Made by a program: the position numbers and the translations under genes. Under the pieces are notes generated by a model. That model saw nothing but the letters and a program-made list of their open reading frames with translations, did no database searches and had not been told where the DNA came from. DNA of 63,761 bases, the filler included, from Octopus bimaculoides (lineage: Eukaryota), in the NCBI RefSeq assembly GCF_001194135.2. It is 10 parts of 10 records of this genome, joined end to end, with 100 filler letters (N's around TTAATTAATTAA, not from the genome) between each part and the next. Parts side by side here need not be neighbours in the genome. Positions count along the whole stretch, not along the records: positions 46,213 to 58,863 come from NC_068982.1; positions 58,964 to 61,707 come from NC_068983.1; positions 61,808 to 63,761 come from NC_069001.1; 7 more parts are not named here. One strand, written 5' to 3'. The stretch's first letter is position 1, and each line of letters starts with the position of its first letter. Shown piece by piece: positions 53,665 through 63,761 of the stretch.

Positions 53665-53721
53665 AGTCTTACAGCTGTTTCTGGGATATCCCCAAGTATG
53701 AGATATACTGTCATCAGAGGG
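53665..53721 (-). ncRNA. Hammerhead-like motif with palindromic stem III (ACAGCTGT), partly decayed
   Basis: Minus strand reads CCCT CTGATGA cagtATATCtcatacttgggGATATccca GAAAC AGCT GTA^AGACT: intact core and GUA triplet, mismatched base of stem II, 2-bp stem I. Confidence 0.45.
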
Positions 53722-53943
53722 AAAAAATATGGAAAATGAGAATAACATATATTAATGAGATGACGACATAGAGAAAGGGAGTAAAAGAGGAGGGAGATGG
53801 AAAGAAAGAAGAAAAAAGAAGCATAAAAGTTCATAGTTCAACTTTCCGAAGTTATAGAAACAAGTGCATGAGTCCTTAAGTGCAATCCCATGTAGATCCA
53901 TGAGCGTAAGTCTTTAGGTGCACTTATAACTTAAATAAGTATG

Positions 53944-54122
53944 ATATAATACAAAGTAAAAATCATAAGATAAAGATAATAAAACGACTACATGTGTTTC
54001 ATAACCAATTTAATCGATTTAATCAATTTGAATATATTTTATTTTCTATTTGAAAACTTGGTTATGAAACACGTCTAGTTGTTTTATTATCTTTATCTTA
54101 TGATTTTTACTTTGTATTATAT
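53944..54122. repeat. 65-bp inverted repeat (3 mismatches) with a 49-nt spacer
   Basis: 53944-54008 versus the reverse complement of 54058-54122, aligned by eye. Confidence 0.9.
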
Positions 54123-54331
54123 TATATTTATTTATTGTGCATTTACTTATTAATTTTTCTAGATGTGACTCTGGATTTTCATGGATGAGTTCATGAACTT
54201 TGGTTCTCTAAAACTATACATTTATATATTTTATACCGTGAAACTTAATTTAATTTAAATTTTTGATAAATTGAATTTGATTGAGTTTTTACCTGTAAAT
54301 TTGGATTTTTATTCCTATTATTATTATTATC

Positions 54332-54364
<33 letters not shown>

Positions 54365-55080
54365 TATATANNNNNNNNNNNNNNNNNNNNNNNNNNNNNN
54401 NTCGACTCCTTCATCCACAGCACCGAAAACTGTTTTAGGAAGTTGGCTTTGGCTATAAGAATGAATTTTATCAAGCAGGTATGGAGGCAGAAATGGCTAA
54501 TACAGCAAAAGTATATGTAAGGAATACAGTCACATGGAAAGTTGTGTATACAAATAAATCAATTAATCATGCGTTATCATTACAGCTGTTTCAGATAAAC
54601 AAAGACTACTGCTTATAACCATATAAATTATGTAACAGGCTCCATTACTTTTGTAGGTGTATGGAGCAGAATGGATTTTGAGAGATTTGTGATGTGAAAT
54701 CAGATTATCTTTATCAAACGAATAGATTAGCAGAGAACAGTGTTGATTAATATATGTAGGATATATGAAGAAGAAGGATAAGAAGGGTTGGTGGGGTTTA
54801 AAGTGAAAAACATAACAGGGAATGATGAGATGGAGAGAGAAGAGTGGAGTTGCTCAAGTGGAGTTAGTAATTAAAAGATGTCTGCTAATGGCACCAAGGT
54901 AAAAAAGAGATAAATTTGGCTATAAAAACAGAGCGATAGGCTAGGAAAGCTAGACCAAAGGGCGATAAGTGTCTAACAAAGAGAAGATTAAGAGTGACAG
55001 AGAAAAATGTTGTGGATATTCAATACAGAAACACAAGGAGACATATAAACGGCTCCACATGTACATATCTTCTTTTATGT

Positions 55081-55558
55081 TTATCTTTTACTTGTTTCAG
55101 TCATTAGACTGTGGCCATGCTGGGGCACCACCTTAAAGTGTTTTAGTCAAAGAAATTTCTTCCAGTACTTTTTTTTTTTGAAGTCTATTACGTATTCTAT
55201 TGGTCACTTTTGCTGAAGCACAATGTTGTGGATGTAAATAAACCAACAGTTATTGTCACACAATGAGGAGACAGACACAAGCACAAAGACATTCATACAT
55301 ACATACATACATAGATACATACTTACATAAATACATGTGTGTGTGTGTTTATGTATGTATGTATGTATGTATGCATGTCTGTATGTATATATGAGAGGCT
55401 TCTTTCAATTTCCCATTAACAAATTCACTGACAAGGCTTTAGTTGGCCCAGGGCTATAGCAGAAGACACTACTTGCCTGAGGTGCCATGTAGGAGGACTG
55501 AACCTGAAATCAAGTGGCTAGGAATTAAACCTCTTACCACACAGTCATACCAGCACCT
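55081..55558 (-). mobile_element. SINE family A, near full length
   Basis: TTTTACTTGTTTCAGTCATTAGACTGTGGCCATGCTGG...GGACTGAACC...CTTACCACACAG. Confidence 0.85.
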
Positions 55559-55645
55559 GTGTTCTCAGCCAAAATTGGAAACCCACACACTCCTTTCATA
55601 GATACTTATTTTCTTCTTTTTATTAACTTTTCTGGCTAATTACGA

Positions 55646-55928
55646 CAGGCATGGTTGTGTGGTAAGAAGCTTCCTTCTCGACCACATGGTTTTGGGTTCA
55701 GTCCCACTGAGTGGGACCTTGGGCTTGTGTCTTCTACTATAGCCTTAGGTAGATAGATGGAAACTGAAAGAAGCTCATCATATGTATAGGTGTGTGTGCA
55801 TGTTCATGTGCATGTCTTTGAGCCTGTGTTTGTCCTCCACCACTGCTTGACAACTGGTGTTGGTGTGTTTATCTCCATGTAACTTAGCAGTTCAGCAAAA
55901 GTACTGATAGAATAAGTACCAGGCTTAG
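55646..55928 (+). mobile_element. SINE family A, tail-truncated
   Basis: CAGGCATGGTTGTGTGGTAAGAAGC...GGTTCAGTCCCACT...GATAGAATAAGTACCAGGC. Confidence 0.85.
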
Positions 55929-56949
55929 ATAAAATAGCACATGGATCATGGTTGTTAAATGATGATCTTGATATATATACATAATGTGTGTGAGTATATG
56001 AGTGTGTTACATATTTATCTAACACTATACATTATAAATACATGTATATATGTATTACGTAAGTATGCATTATGTAGTAAATCTAAGCATCCACTTTATC
56101 TACAGTGAGTTTGTGTCTGTGCATGTATATGTACAAAGAATATGTACAAACATGTCTTTCTGTATGTGTAAATTTATATATCTAAGCATGCATTGATGGT
56201 TGGATTGGTGTGGAAGTGGACAGACGGGTGGAAGGATGGGAAGATTATCCACTCAAAGCTTTTGTTCAGTCAGCACTAAACGACAATTCCTTGTTACTAA
56301 AGTTAGCCAAACAAAGTATCAATTGTTAACAATTGTTAACCAATGACAGCTTTCCAAAAGCCATAGTGCCTATCATTGTAATTTCAATCAAATCTTTCTT
56401 AACTTCAATCAGCTCACTGGAAATATTTGAAGTAAGGAATGTCAATAATAACAAAACAAGCTTGATCTCATGATACTGGTTGGCCTACAATTTATCAATT
56501 GTCATAGCTTATGTCATGGTTGATTCAAGATGAAAACACAGAGAACTGATCAGCTATATAATACTAAAATTCTGCTTGTATATTCCTTAAATGTTATGTA
56601 AACAATTTATTCTGCAGTAAAAATGCGTCAACTAATGATTTCTTGACTCTTTTTCTTTTATCTTTTTCTTGTTTCAGTCATTAAACTGAGACCATGCTGG
56701 GGCACTGTCTGGGAGAATTTTTTTTTTTAAGTTGAATGTACATATTATGTTTTTATTTAAGCCTGGTACTTATTCGATCATTCTCTGTTGCTGAACCACT
56801 AAGTTACGGGACATAAACACACTGGTACCAGTTGTTGAGCGATAGTGGGGGACAAAAAAACAGACACAGAATCATGCATACACATACTTTGAAACAATAC
56901 ATAGATACATTTACATGGCACAGGTGTATGCAATATATATATATATAAT

Positions 56950-57305
56950 CATCATCATCATCATCATTTAACGTCCACTTTCCATGCTAGCATGGGTTGG
57001 ACGATTTGACTGAGGACTGGCAAACCAGATGGCTGCACCAGGATCCAATCTGATCTGGCAGAGTTTCTACTGCTGGATGCCCTTCCTAATGCCAACCACT
57101 CCAACAGTGTAGTGGGTGCTTTTACATGCCACCAGCATAAAGGTCAGTCAGGCGCTACTGGCAATGTCCATGCTCAAGTGGTGTTTTTTACGTGCCAGTC
57201 CAGCGGCACTGGCAATTACCTCGCTTGAATGTTTTTTCACGTGCTACCGGCACAAGTGCCAGTAAGGTGAGGCTGGTAAAGATCACGCTCAAATGGTGCT
57301 TTTTA
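56950..57305 (-). mobile_element. RTE LINE 3'UTR with (TGA)n tail
   Basis: (CAT)n-TTAACGTCCACTTTCCATGCTAGCATGGGTTGG...GATGCCCTTCCTAATGCCAACC, homologous to 49640-49860. Confidence 0.8.
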
Positions 57306-57597
57306 CTTGAGCATAACAGCGGTGATATTGATATCTCTTATTGACATTATGACTACCTGTTCTGCACTTCTGATGACCTCTAATAAATAATAATAAATTA
57401 TACCTCACTTGAAAACCATTAAGGGTCAGTGACAGGAAGAGCATCTAGTTATAAATCTTGCTTCAAATAATTTCCCATCAAAACCCATGATATTTGTTTC
57501 TTTGATGCCAATCCATCTAAGACTGCCCCTGTTTTATGATGTAAACTTCCTTTTTAAAAGTGATTCTAAATTAAAACCTTCCGTCAAAATTTTATGT

Positions 57598-57969
57598 TAC
57601 TCTTTTACTTGTTTCAGTCATTTGACTGCGACCATGCTGGAGCACTGCCTTTAGTCGAGCAAATCAACCCCAGGACTTATTCTTTGGAAGCCTAGTACTT
57701 ATTCTATCGGTCTCTATTGCTGAACCATTATGTACTTTTGGTTATGTCATACTGAGGATGGTAAAGTGGTATTACATCACTAAACCAGAAATCAATCTAA
57801 GGCTAAACTTTTTTCAAAAAACCATTTTTGTTCATTCCCTTGCTTTCAGCCTGTGTCTATGTCATAAATAAAAACTAGTTTTAGAGCCAGCCATTTGACG
57901 TCTTCTTCTAGCATGTGGCATTACAGTTTAATTACCTGTATTATAATTTTATAATTATATTTATAAAAT

Positions 57970-58021
<52 letters not shown>

Positions 58022-58165
58022 ATGGACTTCTTTCAGTTTCCATCTACTAAATCCACTCTCAAGGCTTTGATCAGCCGGAGGCTATAGAAAGCATTTGCTC
58101 AAGGCACCACACAATGGGACCGAGCCTGGAATCATGTGGTTGGGATGCAAACTTCTTACCTATAC
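57598..58165 (-). mobile_element. SINE family A pieces: tail 57598-57727 and head 58021-58165
   Basis: Both pieces align to 33171-33559 and are separated by unrelated sequence. Confidence 0.7.
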
Positions 58166-58983
58166 CTATAATTATATATCAGCTTACACAAAATTATCCA
58201 TTCTTGAAATTATTTGTGCAGTACTGCATATTAGATGTGACATGTTTTTTTATGACTATATAAGTTCTAAAATCATGGCGTGTATGATACATAATAGCAT
58301 ATCTATGTAATTATACATAAACTTTTATAATAGTCTACTAAAGTAGAAGAAGATTTGTACTAACTGCATGATTGTGAAATAATGCTGTGTGACTTACTAT
58401 ACAGTAAAGAATTGTTCTGAAACATATTGAGATTACTTAAGTTAAAGAACAAGAAAACTCATTTGTTGTTTGGAATGTTCTGGACAGTTCATTACAGGCT
58501 ATTTGAAGATAAAAAAAAATGTACCTATTGAATTGTATAATTTTCATTATATTTTGTTTTACTTATTCTGTGTTGTCTTTTGCTGTTTTATTTTTCTTTT
58601 ATTTTGTTTTTGAAATTATTCCAAGAAGAAATTATGGAGATTTAAAACAGAATATTTGTTGTTATATATTTTTGATTCTATTTTTTTTCCTTCATTCTTT
58701 TAATAATATCTTAAATATTTCATTTGCTCACTCCTCGTCAGTCTCCCTCTCATTCTCCACACACATAAACTCACATATTCTCACACCAACACTTATGCAT
58801 ACACATACATACAGATATGTATGTATGTGTACGTGTGTGTGTGTGTGTGTACGAATATATATGNNNNNNNNNNNNNNNNNNNNNNNNNNNNNNNNNNNNN
58901 NNNNNNNTTAATTAATTAANNNNNNNNNNNNNNNNNNNNNNNNNNNNNNNNNNNNNNNNNNNNTATATATATATATATATATT

Positions 58984-59659
58984 GTAACATATAATTGCAT
59001 GCGAAGTGTTGCGTCGTATACGGGACAGTGCTACTGACGTTTATACCCCAAGAAGACATCTATTCCAGCTGACTAACGACACATTTTGTATCTGGTTAGT
59101 GTTTGCAAGGAGAGGTCATCAGTCCAATTCCTAGCCTTACGTGATAAACACGACTCAAGTTTCTGTGTGATTACCTCTCCTCAGCGTGTGTTAATCACCA
59201 GCTAGTGATGAAAACTCACTCCACTCGCAAAATACTATATGCTTTTTCCAGAAACGAACGGTTGCTGATCGCGAAAGAGGAGAAGTAAGCTATATTAAAT
59301 CTCTCAGCAAGATGGTAACAGTAGCAATACGGAATCGTAACATATAATTGCAAACCAACTGTGGCGTCCTATGCAGGACGGTGCTACTGAAGTTTAAAGC
59401 CCCAGGAAGACATCTCTTCTAGCTGGCTAACGACACACATTCTGTACCCGATTAGAAAAAGTATATAGTATTTTGCGAGTGGGGTAGGTTTCCACCAACA
59501 GTTGGTGATTCACACACGCTGAGGACGGGTAACCACCCAGAAATTCGAATCCATGTGTATCACATATGGCTAGGAATGACCTTCCTGATCGTTCGGAGAT
59601 TGTGTCGTTAGCAAGCTGGACTGGTTGGCAAATATATGTTACGATTCCGTATTGCTACT
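58984..59659. mobile_element. Two adjacent, oppositely oriented copies of a MITE-like element with long TIRs
   Basis: 59320-59357 AGTAGCAATACGGAATCGTAACATAT..TTGC is inverted at about 59622-59659. The arm is repeated at 58984-59083, and internal segment 59125-59247 is an inverted homolog of 59456-59577. Confidence 0.75.
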
Positions 59660-59682
59660 TTTTACACCTTGGTCAGAGATTT

Positions 59683-59714
<32 letters not shown>

Positions 59715-59742
59715 TATATGTTTAGTGATAGATATATAAGTA

Positions 59743-59785
<43 letters not shown>

Positions 59786-59814
59786 NNNNNNNNNNTATAT
59801 ATATATATATATAT

Positions 59815-59851
<37 letters not shown>

Positions 59852-60509
59852 CACATATATATATATATATATACATACATACAGACTGTGCGATCCTTTA
59901 CATCAACGTCCTTTTCAATGAAGATAAAAAGATATTTTGCACACACAAACAACAGCAACACTTATTATTTCAGAGTTATTTGTATTTGGGATTTATACTA
60001 GTATTTATGGTACTTAAAATGAATGGTACTTAAAATGGGTGCAATATAACTGAGTTTAATTTAAGTAGTTTTCGATCATTAGGAAGCAATTAGGTTTTTC
60101 ATATGAAGACTGACAATTTTATCCTTGTTTTCAGCGATAATATACTTCAGATGCTTAATTTCATTTTGAATATCGTATGACTGAGTGGGGCTTAAATTCA
60201 TTTATCAGTATTATAAACAAGCCGTTCTTGAACATACTACTGGTCGTCGTCTCTGGAAGTTCAGTAAGTAGTAAATAAATATATCTGATTCACCGTCTGA
60301 CATTTAATGTCATCTTAGATACGCTATTTTCGAAACAAATATATTTCATCTGATATCTACTGGATCATTGTGCCTCATATAGTGCTAAAGCATCTCAAAC
60401 ATATATATGTTCATTCGTTATATCTTATATGCCTTTAAGGAGTGGCAGCCTCGATGTCATGTACCGACATTGCCGGCGTATAAAATGTATTTTATTTTTA
60501 AATGCATCG

Positions 60510-61420
60510 CAAAAATCTCCGGTGATTTTGGACAAACTCTTCTAGTAATTGCAAAGGGAACGAAAGCAGATGATATTCTTGCATGCTTTAAATCTTCGGA
60601 TCTGTGGCACCGCATAAAAGTAATGAAGCATGAATCAAATATGCGAGCGTTTCTCCATGGTGATAGATTATCTGGACAGATTTCTCAAGACATTAATGTT
60701 AGAAAAAAGACGAGTACTTGTAGACAATGAAGATGCAGTAAGTCCTTCATCTATTTATACAATGGTGAAATCAGAAACAGAACTCAATAAAACTTTCACA
60801 GATATCAGTGCACATTATGAGGATCACAAATGCTTCAATGAAAGGGCAATTCTAGCCCCATAGAATGTAAAAGTAAATGAAATAAACTTTGATCTTCTAA
60901 TATGCCTTCCTGGGAATTGTCAATCTTCCAGATCTATTGACACATTTGTTGATCAATCAGAAATAGTAAATTATTCATTCCAGTTTTAAAAGTCTCTGGA
61001 ACCATAAAATTCACCTCCTGATGAGATTGGCTTGAAACTTGGAACACATATAATACTTCCAACAAATTCGGAGCTTCCAAAAGTGAGCAACGTGACAAAG
61101 CTTATTGTGAAAAAATGATGCTGAATGCCATAAAGTATGCTGTATACTCTCCAGATGAGGAGCTGGTAATAATTTATTAATTATAAGAACTCCGTTAGTA
61201 ACCACAGATTTACCAGTACAGTTTAAATGAGTGCCGTTTCCGCTGAGGCAAAGTTCTGCTATGTCCATCAGTCAATTTCAGGGTCACGCATTATCAGTAG
61301 GTGTTTTGCAGTTTGTGGGAACTTAATTCTCTCATGGGAAATAGTATGTTGAATGGTCATGCGTTGAAAGTTAGAGAGAGCTTTTCATTGACACTCCATT
61401 GGGAAAAATTCATAGCGTTA
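60510..61420 (+). pseudogene. Helitron RepHel PIF1-like helicase remnant
   Basis: GDFGQTLLVIAKGTKADDILACFKSSDLW, ERAILAP, SIDT..D..EIVNY, SLEP..PP and TTDLPVQFK..PFPLR occur in the order expected for Helitron helicases. Multiple stops and frameshifts. Confidence 0.85.
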
Positions 61421-61807
61421 TATATTTATATCATAATTTCCTCTTATGTACTTTCTGTTTGAAGTTTATTATTGTTGCTGATCTCACAGATAATTCTGCT
61501 TCAATATATATATATAGGAAATCATTGATATCCAGTTGAATTAGATACTTATGCTGAAGAACCAGATCAATGATTGCCTTGTTCAATTAAGTGGAGGACT
61601 TGAAACGGTCATACTGCATCACCTCTTGTTGCTTATTTTGATTATTTTGATCCGGTTACTTATTTTGATTATACATATATACATATACATAGATACACCC
61701 CCCCCCCNNNNNNNNNNNNNNNNNNNNNNNNNNNNNNNNNNNNNNNNNNNNTTAATTAATTAANNNNNNNNNNNNNNNNNNNNNNNNNNNNNNNNNNNNN
61801 NNNNNNN

Positions 61808-61861
<54 letters not shown>

Positions 61862-62754
61862 GCGCGCGTCTAGCAAGTGACCACCACTACTAACACACGC
61901 TTCACGCCTCACCTCCGTAGTTCTAAGTTCGTTCTGGTTCCGTGTTTAGAGTTAGAGGTGATCCTCGTTTTCGCTGTTATTGTTGTTGATACGGCTGTTA
62001 GTTTATATAAATATATACACTTGTGTGTGTATATATATATATATATGTATATATAACAAACGTTGTTTTACAAGTTCAATATATAATATATATATATATA
62101 TTCTTTTATATTTATATATATACCGTGAGAAATAGAAAATAAAGAATTATTACGATTATTATTGTTATTAACCGCAGTGAAGTAGTAGTAGTGGTGGTGG
62201 TGGTGGTGGTGGTTATTGCAGCAGTTGTTAAATGAGAAGTTTGTCTTCTTTTTTTTCTCTCTCTTTTCTCTTCTTCTACACACCTTTTTATTCTTTTCTT
62301 TTATTCTACGATGATGTTGTGGCGGTTATTCTTTCCGCTACCGTTGCTACTACTGCCGCTTCTGTTGTTTTTTTTTTATGCTGCTGATGTTGCAGCTGCT
62401 GCAGTTGTTGCGTACCGTTCTTCTTCTGCTGTTGTTGTTGGTGTTGCTGAAGCTGCAATTTGTTGCTTCTACTCCAAACTGCTGCAGTTCTTCTTCCTGC
62501 TGTTGCTTCAGTTCTTGAAATTCTTGTTGTTGTTATCACAATTACAAGGTCAACGTGATCTACATAGAGTGTGTGTGTGTGTTAGAAAGGTGAAAACTAT
62601 ATCTGCGTGTGTGTATGTGTTTATATCTAACTATATGCGCACGTGTGTGTGTGAGTGTATACCAGTGTGTTTCTATCTATCTTATATATATATCTATCTG
62701 TATGCGTGTATGGCTATCTATTTATATATGTGTGTGTGTGTTTGTGTGTATGAG

Positions 62755-62895
62755 TGAAAAGGCCAGCCTTTGTCACTCTGTGTTCAGATGATTCTATCTG
62801 AGGGCTACGATAAGGTTCTTGATGTCTGCGAAGTACTCAGCCACTTACACAATAACAGAATTGGTAATTAACTTGATCGAACAACTGGATCCATT
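62755..62895 (+). mobile_element. SINE family C/D tail fragment
   Basis: AAAGGCCAGCCTTTGTCAC...GTACTCAGCCACTTACAC...CAACTGGA. Confidence 0.6.
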
Positions 62896-62961
62896 TAAAT
62901 TACTTTTTTTTTACGTATGTTTATGTATACATATATGTATAAAGTATATATGTATGTATGT

Positions 62962-62997
<36 letters not shown>

Positions 62998-63289
62998 GTA
63001 GAACTTAACAAAAGTGTATTTACGAGTATATATATAAGAATATCTGCATATACAAACTTGCGTGTGTGTTGTTTCTGTGTGTATAATCTGTGCACGTGCG
63101 TGTGTGTTTAAAACGTACCTGTATTAGAAATTCTAAGATCTTTTTTGAAAACATAGAAGTCTGTTTTGTGCGTAAAATATGTGGCCCCAATTATATATAA
63201 ATGTATTATATATATGTGTGTGGTTGTTTGTGGCTCCAGGTAAATATGTGTATATACGTTGTGTGGTGTGTGTTGTGTATACGTAAAAA

Positions 63290-63711
63290 GGAGGAGGGGG
63301 CTGGAGAGACGAGATGAACAGAAGGGGATTTGAACGAGTGTTATGGCTCCCTTCTGTTGTCCTCCACCTTCGAACACCGACTGACGAGGCTCACGTAAAC
63401 CGGCTGATGGTAGCAGCAGGAGCAGCACTTCGCTCGTCACCACCACCACCACCAACAACACTAACAACAACAACACCACCAACAACAACACTAACACAAG
63501 AGGCAGAAGCAACAATCCCACGACGACAGCCACCACCACCGCCACCAACCCCAGCAATAAGCACCATCATCATCATCATCATTGTCGTCGTCATCATCAT
63601 CATCATCATCATCCCCAGCACCAACATCCTTAACAGAAGCAACACCACCGCCAGCAGCATCATCGCCACCACCGCCACCACCATCAGCGGCGTGTGCCGA
63701 CGGAGGAGCCT
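63290..63711 (+). other. Candidate first (5'UTR or N-terminal) exon of a host gene
   Basis: GC- and CpG-richer low-complexity block ending at a consensus-like donor CCT|GTAAGT (GT at 63712). No recognisable domain. Confidence 0.3.
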
Positions 63712-63761
63712 GTAAGTGACCTCTCGATATGCTAGAAATAGTAACTAAATCTCCCCCCCCC

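Noticed and set aside
15047-61763. TTAATTAATTAA recurring nine times as a possible regulatory palindrome or repeat array
   Set aside because: Always centred in a 100-bp block of N (44+12+44 where counted) and has stops in all six frames, so it is an assembly spacer.

Overview
Eukaryotic, AT-rich, microsatellite-dense draft genomic sequence with many N gaps. The SINE and LINE families look like those of an octopus or other coleoid cephalopod (inference from recalled repeat families, not verified). I find no confidently supported host protein-coding exon, rRNA, tRNA gene or CRISPR array. Most long ORFs in the track are artefacts of microsatellites or N runs. The window is mostly transposon remnants: at least three tRNA-headed SINE families in many copies, several RTE-clade LINE fragments (the best at 41.7-42.8 kb), two mariner remnants, a Helitron helicase remnant (60.5-61.4 kb), MITE-like fold-backs, and a Penelope-like element (RT YLDD plus GIY-YIG) bracketed by ~350-bp inverted repeats (43.3-44.7 kb). 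The most notable hidden signal is a set of minimal type-I hammerhead ribozyme motifs with palindromic stem III, in unrelated AT-rich repeat tails. One is essentially intact (15313-15358) and three are partly decayed. This architecture is known from Penelope pLTRs, so it is interesting but not new in principle. Nine 100-bp spacers (44 N + TTAATTAATTAA + 44 N) are assembly artefacts. The last ~2 kb may be the 5' end of a host gene. All alignments were done by eye and coordinates of decayed repeats are approximate.
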